Part shown: positions 9,501-21,342 of the stretch, in pieces
How the letters are laid out: the number at the start of each line of letters is the position of its first letter
Numbering within the stretch: position 1 is the stretch's first letter
DNA from: Utricularia gibba
Lineage: Eukaryota > Plantae > Magnoliophyta
Direction: 5' to 3'
Assembly: GCA_002189035.1 (NCBI GenBank)
Contig: NEEC01000509.1
Span: 1-21,342 of the forward strand
DNA: 21,342 nt
The notes under the pieces: model-generated
Seen by the model: only the letters and a program-made list of their open reading frames with translations
Databases searched by the model: none
What the model was told of the DNA's origin: nothing
Position numbers and translations under genes: made by a program

Positions 9501-12500
9501 CTTACTTTAAACAAATGCATCATTATTTTCGTCGACTCGCACCCGGTTGGGCTCATGAGCCGGACCGAACGCAGCGCCGGACCAAGTGCCCAGTGAGAGT
9601 GGCCGACACAAAACGAGAAGTTGTTCCTTGAAAAACCTTGTAGGAAGCCCCTGAAAACCGAACGTTAATAAGTGCATCGCTTTAGTTGCCAGGCTACAAC
9701 TAACTTTCGGCCCTAACCCAACCTGACCTTTGTCCCGTTCTAGGTGCCCCCCAAGACCGCCTCCTCAAGTATAAAGTAAGTTGTTGAAAAAATCATGTGG
9801 GGTGCACGTGACATCTTACTTTAAACAAATGCATCATTATTTTCGTCGACTCGCACCCGGTTGGGCTCATGAGCCGGACCGAACGCAGCGCCGGACCAAG
9901 TGCCCAGTGAGAGTGGCCGACACAAAACGAGAAGTTGTTCCTTGAAAAACCTTGTAGGAAGCCCCTGAAAACCGAACGTTAATAAGTGCATCGCTTTAGT
10001 TGCCAGGCTACAACTAACTTTCGGCCCTAACCCAACCTGACCTTTGTCCCCGTTCTAGGTGCCCCCCAAGACCGCCTCCTCAAGTATAAAGTAAGTTGTT
10101 GAAAAAATCATGTGGGGTGCACGTGACATCTTACTTTAAACAAATGCATCATTATTTTCGTCGACTCGCACCCGGTTGGGCTCATGAGCCGGACCGAACG
10201 CAGCGCCGGACCAAGTGCCCAGTGAGAGTGGCCGACACAAAACGAGAAGTTGTTCCTTGAAAAACCTTGTAGGAAGCCCCTGAAACCGAACGTTAATAAG
10301 TGCATCGCTTTAGTTGCCAGGCTACAACTAACTTTCGGCCCTAACCCAACCTGACCTTTGTCCCGTTCTAGGTGCCCCCCAAGACCGCCTCCTCAAGTAT
10401 AAAGTAAGTTGTTGAAAAAATCATGTGGGGTGCACGTGACATCTTACTTTAAACAAATGCATCATTATTTTCGTCGACTCGCACCCGGTTGGGCTCATGA
10501 GCCGGACCGAACGCAGCGCCGGACCAAGTGCCCAGTGAGAGTGGCCGACACAAAACGAGAAGTTGTTCCTTGAAAAACCTTGTAGGAAGCCCCTGAAAAC
10601 CGAACGTTAATAAGTGCATCGCTTTAGTTGCCAGGCTACAACTAACTTTCGGCCCTAACCCAACCTGACCTTTGTCCCGTTCTAGGTGCCCCCAAGACCG
10701 CCTCCTCAAGTATAAAGTAAGTTGTTGAAAAAATCATGTGGGGTGCACGTGACATCTTACTTTAAACAAATGCATCATTATTTTCGTCGACTCGCACCCG
10801 GTTGGGCTCATGAGCCGGACCGAACGCAGCGCCGGACCAAGTGCCCAGTGAGAGTGGCCGACACAAAACGAGAAGTTGTTCCTTGAAAAACCTGTAGGAA
10901 GCCCCTGAAAACCGAACGTTAATAAGTGCATCGCTTTAGTTGCCAGGCTACAACTAACTTTCGGCCCTAACCCAACCTGACCTTTGTCCCGTTCTAGGTG
11001 CCCCCCAAGACCGCCTCCTCAAGTATAAAGTAAGTTGTTGAAAAAATCATGTGGGGTGCACGTGACATCTTACTTTAAACAAATGCATCATTATTTTCGT
11101 CGACTCGCACCCGGTTGGGCTCATGAGCCGGACCGAACGCAGCGCCGGACCAAGTGCCCAGTGAGAGTGGCCGACACAAAACGAGAAGTTGTTCCTTGAA
11201 AAACCTTGTAGGAAGCCCCTGAAAACCGAACGTTAATAAGTGCATCGCTTTAGTTGCCAGGCTACAACTAACTTTCGGCCCTAACCCAACCTGACCTTTG
11301 TCCCGTTCTAGGTGCCCCCCAAGACCGCCTCCTCAAGTATAAAGTAAGTTGTTGAAAAAATCATGTGGGGTGCACGTGACATCTTACTTTAAACAAATGC
11401 ATCATTATTTTCGTCGACTCGCACCCGGTTGGGCTCATGAGCCGGACCGAACGCAGCGCCGGACCAAGTGCCCAGTGAGAGTGGCCGACACAAAACGAGA
11501 AGTTGTTCCTTGAAAAACCTTGTAGGAAGCCCCTGAAAACCGAACGTTAATAAGTGCATCGCTTTAGTTGCCAGGCTACAACTAACTTTCGGCCCTAACC
11601 CAACCTGACCTTTGTCCCGTTCTAGGTGCCCCCAAGACCCTCCTCAAGTATAAAGTAAGTTGTTGAAAAAATCATGTGGGGTGCACGTGACATCTTACTT
11701 TAAACAAATGCATCATTATTTTCGTCGACTCGCACCCGGTTGGGCTCATGAGCCGGACCGAACGCGCCGGACCAAGTGCCCAGTGAGAGTGGCCGACACA
11801 AAACGAGAAAGTTGTTCCTTGAAAAACCTTGTAGAAGCCCCTGAAAACCGAACGTTAATAAGTGCATCGCTTTAGTTGCCAGGCTACAACTAACTTTCGG
11901 CCCTAACCCAACCTGACCTTTGTCCCGTTCTAGGTGCCCCCCAAGACCGCCTCCTCAAGTATAAAGTAAGTTGTTGAAAAAATCATGTGGGGTGCACGTG
12001 ACATCTTACTTTAAACAAATGCATCATTATTTTCGTCGACTCGCACCCGGTTGGGCTCATGAGCCGGACCGAACGCAGCGCCGGACCAAGTGCCCAGTGA
12101 GAGTGGCCGACACAAAACGAGAAGTTGTTCCTTGAAAAACCTTGTAGGAAGCCCCTGAAAACCGAACGTTAATAAGTGCATCGCTTTAGTTGCCAGGCTA
12201 CAACTAACTTTCGGCCCTAACCCAACCTGACCTTTGTCCCGTTCTAGGTGCCCCCCAAGACCGCCTCCTCAAGTATAAAGTAAGTTGTTGAAAAAATCAT
12301 GTGGGGTGCACGTGACATCTTACTTTAAACAAATGCATCATTATTTTCGTCGACTCGCACCCGGTTGGGCTCATGAGCCGGACCGAACGCAGCGCCGGAC
12401 CAAGTGCCCAGTGAGAGTGGCCGACACAAAACGAGAAGTTGTTCCTTGAAAAACCTTGTAGGAAGCCCCTGAAAACCGAACGTTAATAAGTGCATCGCTT

Positions 12501-15500
12501 TAGTTGCCAGGCTACAACTAACTTTCGGCCCTAACCCAACCTGACCTTTGTCCCCTTCTAGGTGCCCCCCAAGACCGCCTCCTCAAGTATAAAGTAAGTT
12601 GTTGAAAAAATCATGTGGGGTGCACGTGACATCTTACTTTAAACAAATGCATCATTATTTTCGTCGACTCGCACCCGGTTGGGCTCATGAGCCGGACCGA
12701 ACGCAGCGCCGGACCAAGTGCCCAGTGAGAGTGGCCGACACAAAACGAAGTTGTTCCTTGAAAAACCTTGTAGGAAGCCCCTGAAAACCGAACGTTAATA
12801 AGTGCATCGCTTTAGTTGCCAGGCTACAACTAACTTTCGGCCCTAACCCAACCTGACCTTTGTCCCGTTCTAGGTGCCCCCAAGACCGCCTCCTCAAGTA
12901 TAAAGTAAGTTGTTGAAAAAATCATGGGTGCACGTGACATCTTACTTTAAACAAATGCATCATTATTTTCGTCGACTCGCACCCGGTTGGGCTCATGAGC
13001 CGGACCGAACGCAGCGCCGGACCAAGTGCCCAGTGAGAGTGGCCGACACAAAACGAGAAGTTGTTCCTTGAAAAACCTTGTAGGAAGCCCCTGAAAACCG
13101 AACGTTAATAAGTGCATCGCTTTAGTTGCCAGGCTACAACTAACTTTCGGCCCTAACCCAACCTGACCTTTGTCCCGTTCTAGGTGCCCCCCAAGACCGC
13201 CTCCTCAAGTATAAAGTAAGTTTTGAAAAAATCATGTGGGGTGCACGTGACATCTTACTTTAAACAAATGCATCATTATTTTCGTCGACTCGCACCCGGT
13301 TGGGCTCATGAGCCGGACCGAACGCAGCGCCGGACCAAGTGCCCAGTGAGAGTGGCCGACACAAAACGAGAAGTTGTTCCTTGAAAAACCTTGTAGGAAG
13401 CCCCTGAAAACCGAACGTTAATAAGTGCATCGCTTTAGTTGCCAGGCTACAACTAACTTTCGGCCCTAACCCAACCTGACCTTTGTCCCGTTCTAGGTGC
13501 CCCCAAGACCGCCTCCTCAAGTATAAAGTAAGTTGTTGAAAAAATCATGTGGGGTGCACGTGACATCTTACTTTAAACAAATGCATCATTATTTTCGTCG
13601 ACTCGCACCCGGTTGGGCTCATGAGCCGGACCGAACGCAGCGCGGACCAAGTGCCCAGTGAGAGTGGCCGACACAAAACGAGAAGTTGTTCCTTGAAAAA
13701 CCTTGTAGGAAGCCCCTGAAAACCGAACGTTAATAAGTGCATCGCTTTAGTTGCCAGGCTACAACTAACTTTCGGCCCTAACCCAACCTGACCTTTGTCC
13801 CGTTCTAGGTGCCCCCCAAGACCGCCTCCTCAAGTATAAAGTAAGTTGTTGAAAAAATCATGTGGGGTGCACGTGACATCTTACTTTAAACAAATGCATC
13901 ATTATTTTCGTCGACTCGCACCCGGTTGGGCTCATGAGCCGGACCGAACGCAGCGCCGGACCAAGTGCCCAGTGAGAGTGGCCGACACAAAACGAGAAGT
14001 TGTTCCTTGAAAAACCTTGTAGGAAGCCCCTGAAAACCGAACGTTAATAAGTGCATCGCTTTAGTTGCCAGGCTACAACTAACTTTCGGCCCTAACCCAA
14101 CCTGACCTTTGTCCCGTTCTAGGTGCCCCCCAAGACCGCCTCCTCAAGTATAAAGTAAGTTGTTGAAAAAATCATGTGGGGTGCACGTGACATCTTACTT
14201 TAAACAAATGCATCATTATTTTCGTCGACTCGCACCCGGTTGGGCTCATGAGCCGGACCGAACGCAGCGCCGGACCAAGTGCCCAGTGAGAGTGGCCGAC
14301 ACAAAACGAGAAGTTGTTCCTTGAAAAACCTTGTAGGAAGCCCCTGAAAACCGAACGTTAATAAGTGCATCGCTTTAGTTGCCAGGCTACAACTAACTTT
14401 CGGCCCTAACCCAACCTGACCTTTGTCCCGTTCTAGGTGCCCCCCAAGACCGCCTCCTCAAGTATAAAGTAAGTTGTTGAAAAAATCATGTGGGGTGCAC
14501 GTGACATCTTACTTTAAACAAATGCATCATTATTTTCGTCGACTCGCACCCGGTTGGGCTCATGAGCCGGACCGAACGCAGCGCCGGACCAAGTGCCCAG
14601 TGAGAGTGGCCGACACAAAACGAGAAGTTGTTCCTTGAAAAACCTTGTAGGAAGCCCCTGAAAACCGAACGTTAATAAGTGCATCGCTTTAGTTGCCAGG
14701 CTACAACTAACTTTCGGCCCTAACCCAACCTGACCTTTGTCCCGTTCTAGGTGCCCCCCAAGACCGCCTCCTCAAGTATAAAGTAAGTTGTTGAAAAAAT
14801 CATGTGGGGTGCACGTGACATCTTACTTTAAACAAATGCATCATTATTTTCGTCGACTCGCACCCGGTTGGGCTCATGAGCCGGACCGAACGCAGCGCCG
14901 GACCAAGTGCCCAGTGAGAGTGGCCGACACAAAACGAGAAGTTGTTCCTTGAAAAACCTTGTAGGAAGCCCCTGAAAACCGAACGTTAATAAGTGCATCG
15001 CTTTAGTTGCCAGGCTACAACTAACTTTCGGCCCTAACCCAACCTGACCTTTGTCCCGTTCTAGGTGCCCCCCAAGACCGCCTCCTCAAGTATAAAGTAA
15101 GTTGTTGAAAAAATCATGTGGGGTGCACGTGACATCTTACTTTAAACAAATGCATCATTATTTTCGTCGACTCGCACCCGGTTGGGCTCATGAGCCGGAC
15201 CGAACGCAGCGCCGGACCAAGTGCCCAGTGAGAGTGGCCGACACAAAACGAGAAGTTGTTCCTTGAAAAACCTTGTAGGAAGCCCCTGAAAACCGAACGT
15301 TAATAAGTGCATCGCTTTAGTTGCCAGGCTACAACTAACTTTCGGCCCTAACCCAACCTGACCTTTGTCCCGTTCTAGGTGCCCCCAAGACCGCCTCCTC
15401 AAGTATAAAGTAAGTTGTTGAAAAAATCATGTGGGGTGCACGTGACATCTTACTTTAAACAAATGCATCATTATTTTCGTCGACTCGCACCGGTTGGGCT

Positions 15501-17194
15501 CATGAGCCGGACCGAACGCAGCGCCGGACCAAGTGCCCAGTGAGAGTGGCCGACACAAAACGAGAAGTTGTTCCTTGAAAAACCTTGTAGGAAGCCCCTG
15601 AAAACCGAACGTTAATAAGTGCATCGCTTTAGTTGCCAGGCTACAACTAACTTTCGGCCCTAACCCAACCTGACCTTTGTCCCCTTCTAGGTGCCCCCCA
15701 AGACCGCCTCCTCAAGTATAAAGTAAGTTGTTGAAAAAATCATGTGGGGTGCACGTGACATCTTACTTTAAACAAATGCATCATTATTTTCGTCGACTCG
15801 CACCCGGTTGGGCTCATGAGCCGGACCGAACGCAGCGCCGGACCAAGTGCCCAGTGAGAGTGGCCGACACAAAACGAGAAGTTGTTCCTTGAAAAACCTT
15901 GTAGGAAGCCCCTGAAAACCGAACGTTAATAAGTGCATCGCTTTAGTTGCCAGGCTACAACTAACTTTCGGCCCTAACCCAACCTGACCTTTGTCCCCTT
16001 CTAGGTGCCCCCCAAGACCGCCTCCTCAAGTATAAAGTAAGTTGTTGAAAAAATCATGTGGGGTGCACGTGACATCTTACTTTAAACAAATGCATCATTA
16101 TTTTCGTCGACTCGCACCCGGTTGGGCTCATGAGCCGGACCGAACGCAGCGCCGGACCAAGTGCCCAGTGAGAGTGGCCGACACAAAACGAGAAGTTGTT
16201 CCTTGAAAAACCTTGTAGGAAGCCCCTGAAAACCGAACGTTAATAAGTGCATCGCTTTAGTTGCCAGGCTACAACTAACTTTCGGCCCTAACCCAACCTG
16301 ACCTTTTCCCGTTCTAGGTGCCCCCCAAGACCGCCTCCTCAAGTATAAAGTAAGTTGTTGAAAAAATCATGGGGTGCACGTGACATCTTACTTTAAACAA
16401 ATGCATCATTATTTTCGTCGACTCGCACCCGGTTGGGCTCATGAGCCGGACCGAACGCAGCGCCGGACCAAGTGCCCAGTGAGAGTGGCCGACACAAAAC
16501 GAGAAGTTGTTCCTTGAAAAACCTTGTAGGAAGCCCCTGAAAACCGAACGTTAATAAGTGCATCGCTTTAGTTGCCAGGCTACAACTAACTTTCGGCCCT
16601 AACCCAACCTGACCTTTGTCCCGTTCTAGGTGCCCCCCAAGACCGCCTCCTCAAGTATAAAGTAAGTTGTTGAAAAAATCATGTGGGGTGCACGTGACAT
16701 CTTACTTTAAACAAATGCATCATTATTTTCGTCGACTCGCACCGGTTGGGCTCATGAGCCGGACCGAACGCAAGCCGGACCAAGTGCCCAGTGAGAGTGG
16801 CCGACACAAAACGAGAAGTTGTTCCTTGAAAAACCTTGTAGGAAGCCCCTGAAAACCGAACGTTAATAAGTGCATCGCTTTAGTTGCCAGGCTACAACTA
16901 ACTTTCGGCCCTAACCCAACCTGACCTTTGTCCCCTTCTAGTGCCCCCAAGACCGCCTCCTCAAGTATAAAGTAAGTTGTTGAAAAAATCATGTGGGGTG
17001 CACGTGACATCTTACTTTAAAACAAATGCATCATTATTTTCGTCGACTCGCACCGGTTGGGCTCATGAGCCGGACCGAACGCAGCGCCGGACCAAGTGCC
17101 CAGTGAGAGTGGCCGACACAAAACGAGAAGTTGTTCCTTGAAAAACCTTGTAGGAAGCGAAAACCGAACGTTAATAAGTGCATCGCTTTAGTTG

Positions 17195-20100
17195 CCAGGC
17201 TACAACTAACTTTCGGCCCTAACCCAACCTGACCTTTGTCCCGTTCTAGGTGCCCCTCCTCAAGTATAAAGTAAGTTGTTGAAAATCATGTGGGGTGCAC
17301 GTGACATCTTACTTTAAACAAGCATCATTATTTTCGTCGACTCGCACCGTTGGCTCATGAGCCGGACCGAACGCAGCGCCGACCAAGTGCCCAGTGAGAG
17401 TGGCCGACACAAAACGAGAAGTTGTTCCTTGAAAAACCTTGTAGGAAGCCCTGAAAACCGAACGTTAATAAGTGCATCGCTTTAGTTGCCAGGCTACAAC
17501 TAACTTTCGGCCCTAACCCAACCTGACTTAGGTGCTCCTCAAGTATAAAGTAAGTTGTTGAAAAAATCATGTGGGTGCACGTGACATCTTACTTTAAACA
17601 AATGCATCATTATTTTCGTCGACTCGCACCCGGCTCATGTGCCCAGTGAGAGTGGCCGACACAAACGAGAAGTTGTTCCTTGAAAAACCTTGTAGAAGCC
17701 CCTGAAAACCGAACGTTAATAAGTGCATCGCTTTAGTTGCCAGGCTACAACTAACTTTCGGCCCTAACCCAACCTGACCTTTGTCCCTTCTAGGTGCCCT
17801 CCTCAAGTATAAAGTAAGTTGTTGAAAAAATCATGTGGGTGCACGTGACATCTTACTTTAAACAAATGCATCATTATTTTCGTCGACTCGCACCCGGTTG
17901 GGCTCATGAGCCGTGCCCGTGAGAGTGGCCGACACAAAACGAGAAGTTGTTCCTTGAAAAACCTTGTAGGAAGCCCCTGAAAACCGAACGTTAATAAGTG
18001 CATCCCAGGCTACAACTAACTTTCGGCCCTAACCCAACCTGACCTTTGTCCCGTTCTAGGTGCCCCCAAGATCCTCAAGTATAAAGTAAGTTGTTGAAAA
18101 ATCATGTGGGTGCACGTGACATCTTACTTTAAACAAATGCATCATTATTTTCGTCGACTCGCACCATGAGCCGGACCGAACGCAGCGCGGACCAAGTGCC
18201 CAGTGAGAGTGGCCGACACAAAACGAGAAGTTGTTCCTTGAAAAACCTTGTAGGAAGCCCCTGAAAACCGAACGTTAATAAGTGCATCTTTAGTTGCCAG
18301 GCTACAACTAACTTTCGGCCCTAACCCAACCTGACCTTTGTCCCGTTCTAGGTGCCCCCAAGACCGCCTCCTCAAGTATAAAGTAAGTTGTTGAAAAAAT
18401 CATGTGGGTGCACGTGACATCTTACTTTAAACAAATGCATCATTTTTTCGTCGACTCGCACACGGTTGGGCTCATGAGCCGGACCGAACGCAGCGCCGGA
18501 CCAAGTGCCAGTGAGAGTGGCCGACACAAAACGAGAAGTTGTTCCTTGAAAAACCTTGTAGGAAGCCCTGAAAACCGAACGTTAATAAGTGCATCGCTTT
18601 AGTTGCCAGGCTACAACTAACTTTCGGCCCTAACCCAACCTGACTTTGTCCCGTTCTAGGCCCCCCAAGACCGCCTCCTCAAGTATAAAGTAAGTTGTTG
18701 AAAAAATCATGTGGGGTGCACGTGACATCTTACTTTAAACAAATGCATCATTATTTTCGTCGACTCGCACGGTTGGGCTCATGAGCCGGACCGAACGCAG
18801 CGCCGACCAAGTGCCCAGTGAGAGTGGCCGACACAAAACGAGAAGTTGTTCCTTGAAAAACCTTGTAGGAAGCCCCTGAAAACCGAACGTTAACATCGCT
18901 TTAGTTGCCAGGCTACAACTAACTTTCGGCCCTAACCCAACCTGACCTTTGTCCCGTTCTAGGTGCCCCCAAGACCGCCTAAGTATAAAGTAAGTTGTGA
19001 AAAAATCATGTGGGGTGCACGTGACATCTTACTTTAAACAAATGCATCATTATTTTCGTCGACTCGCACCCGGTTGGCTCATGAGCCGGACCGAACGCAG
19101 CGCCGGACCAAGTGCCCAGTGAGAGTGGCCGACACAAAACGAGAAGTTGTTCCTTGAAAACCTTGTAGGAAGCCCCTGAAAACCGAACGTTAATAAGTGC
19201 ATCGCTTTAGTTGCCAGGCTACAACTAACTTTCGGCCCTAACCCAACCTGACCTTTGTCCGTTCTAGCCCCCAAGACCGCCTCCTCAAGTATAAAGTAAG
19301 TTGTTGAAAAAATCATGTGGGGTGCACGTGACATCTTACTTTAAACAAATGCATCATTATTTTCGTCGACTCGCACCCGGTTGGGCTCATGAGCCGGACC
19401 GAACGCAGCGCCGGACCAAGTGCCCAGTGAGAGTGGCCGACACAAAACGAAGTTCCTTGAAAAACCTTGTAGGAACCCCTGAAAACTTAATAAGTGCATC
19501 GCTTTAGTTGCCAGGCTACAACTAACTTTCGGCCCTAACCCAACCTGACCTTTGTCCCGTTCTAGGTGCCCCCAAGACCGCCTCCTCAAGTATAAAGTAA
19601 GTTGTTGAAAAAATCATGTGGGTGCACGTGACATCTTACTTTAAACAAATGCCATTATTTTCGTCGACTCGCACCCGGTTGGCTCATGAGCCGACCGAAC
19701 GCAGCGCCGGACCAAGTGCCCAGTGAGAGTGGCCGACACAAAACGAGAAGTTGTTCCTTGAAAAACCTTGTAGGAAGCCCCTGAAAACCGAACGTTAATA
19801 AGTGCATCGCTTTAGTTGCCAGGCTACAACTAACTTTCGGCCCTAACCCAACCTGACCTTTGTCCCGTTCTAGTGCCCCCCAAGACCGCCTCCTCAAGTA
19901 TAAAGTAAGTTGTTGAAAAAATCATGTGGGGTGCACGTGACATCTTACTTTAAACAAATGCATCATTATTTTCGTCGACTCGCACCCGGTTGGGCTCATG
20001 AGCCGGACCGAACGCAGCGCCGGACCAAGTGCCCAGTGAGAGTGCCGACACAAAACGAGAAGTTCCTTGAAAAACCTTGTAGAAGCCCCTGAAAACCGAA

Positions 20101-21342
20101 CGTTAATAAGTGCATCGCTTAGTTGCCAGGCTACAACTAACTTTCGGCCCTAACCCAACCTGACCTTTGTCCCGTTCTAGGTGCCCCAAGACCGCCTCCT
20201 CAAGTATAAAGTAAGTTGTTGAAAAAATCATGTGGGGTGCACGTGACATCTTACTTTAAACAAATGCATCATTATTTTCGTCGACTCGCACATGAGCCGG
20301 ACCGAACGCAGCGCCGGACCAAGTGCCCAGTGACCGACACAAAACGAGAAGTTGTGAAAAACCTTGTATGAAAAAACGTTTAAGTGCATCGCTTTAGTTG
20401 CCAGCTACAACTAAAACCCAACCTGACCTTTGTCCCGTTCTAGGTGCCCCCAGACCGCCTCCTCAAGTATAAAGTAAGTTGTTGAAAAAATCACACGTGA
20501 CATCTTACTTTAAACAAATGCATCATTATTTTCGTCGACTCGCACCCGGTGGCTCATGAGCCGGACCGAACGCAGCGCCGGACCAAGTGCCCAGTGAAGT
20601 GGCCGACACAAACGAGAAGTTGTTCCTTGAAAAACCTTGTAGGAAGCCCCTGAAAACCGAACGTTAATAAGTGCATCGCTTTAGTTGCCAGGCTACAACT
20701 AACTTTCGGCCCTAACCCAACCTGACCTTTGTCCCGTTCTAGTGCCCCCAAGACCGCCTCCTCAAGTATAAAGTAAGTTGTTGAAAAAATCAGTGGGTGC
20801 ACGTGACATCTTACTTTAAACAAATGCATCATTATTTTCGTCGACTCGCACCCGGTTGGGCTCATGAGCCGGACCGAACGCAGCGCCGGACCAAGTGCCC
20901 AGTGCCGACACAAAACGAGAAGTTGTTCCTTGAAAAACCTTGTAGGAAGCCCCTGAAAACCGAACGTTAATAAGTGCATCGCTTTAGTTGCCAGGCTACA
21001 ACTAACTTTCGCCCTAACCCAACCTGACCTTTGTCCCTTCTAGGTGCCCCCCAAGGCCTCCTCAAGTATAAAGTAAGTTGTTGAAAAAATCATGTGGGGT
21101 GCACGTGACATCTTACTTTAAACAAATGCATCATTATTTTCGTCGACTCGCACCCGTTGGCTCATGAGCCGGACCGAACGCAGCGCCGGACCAAGTGCCC
21201 AGTGAGAGTGCCGACACAAAACGAGAAGTTGTCCTTGAAAAACCTTGTAGGAAGCCCCTGAAAACCGAACGTTAATAAGTGCATGCTTTAGTTGCCAGGC
21301 TACAACTAACTTTCGCCCTAACCCAACCTGACCTTTGTCCCG
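17195..21342. other. Degraded, deletion-rich part of the array (copies 56-69 are 251-309 bp), probably a low-quality read or consensus end
   Basis: Copies 56-69 span 4100 bp versus 4396 expected (6.7% short). Copies 1-54 span 16886 versus 16956 (0.4% short). The changes are almost only deletions. Confidence 0.7.

Larger units (their letters stand above)
1..21342. repeat. Tandem (satellite-type) array of a 314-bp monomer, 69 complete copies plus a 48-bp partial copy, head-to-tail, single orientation
   Basis: The anchor CCAGGCTACAACT recurs at 1, 312, 626, 940, 1252, 1566, 1878, 2192 ... 16887, 17195 ... 20991, 21295. The modal spacing is 314 bp. No inversion or unique insert was seen on manual read-through. 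Confidence 0.99.

Noticed and set aside
1-17194. Higher-order repeat made of multiple 314-bp copies
   Set aside because: The C5/C6 state, the G>C variant and recurrent small deletions show no periodic order. The adjacent sharing seen (copies 17-18 and 51-52) is compatible with chance.
17600-17925. Slippage between the two GCCGGACC direct repeats as the cause of local deletions
   Set aside because: Exact slippage would remove 17 bp and leave one intact copy. The observed deletions are larger (about 24-29 bp) and end at GTGCCC/TGCCC instead.
758-20979. All listed ORFs (MRRRSWG..., MHLLTFG..., MSRAPH..., MLKKSCG...)
   Set aside because: They are the same monomer read in different frames. Their length depends on indels such as C5 versus C6, which fuse frames. 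In the consensus unit the longest ATG-started minus-strand ORF I traced is 56 aa, within a stop-free stretch of ~85 codons. I recognise no domain, and 314 is not a multiple of 3, so no frame runs through the array.
1-21342. CRISPR array
   Set aside because: There are no unique spacers; the whole 314-bp unit repeats, and no cas genes are present.
21295-21342. Window end repeats the window start, suggesting a circular contig
   Set aside because: Any slice of a tandem array shows such an overlap, so it is not evidence of circularity.

Overview
The whole window is one head-to-tail tandem array of a 314-bp monomer (about 50% GC): 69 complete copies plus a 48-bp partial copy, all in one orientation. 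It has no unique sequence, no credible gene, no RNA gene, no transposon ends and no CRISPR spacers. All listed ORFs are re-readings of the same monomer and appear or disappear with single-base indels. The main hidden structure is that the monomer looks like an old, diverged dimer of ~157-bp subunits (shared words recur at 154-160 bp spacing, and GC content oscillates with the same period), as in many eukaryotic centromere-type satellites. Each monomer also carries a 24-bp imperfect palindrome, a degenerate telomere-like/G4-type run and a GTCACGTG E-box. Copies are almost identical up to ~17.1 kb (net length loss ~0.4%) and become abruptly deletion-rich afterwards (~6.7%). That pattern looks like long-read or consensus error, so I cannot distinguish a young chromosomal satellite from a rolling-circle concatemer of one small circle. 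I could not assign the repeat to a named family or organism, and I found no evidence of a novel coding system.
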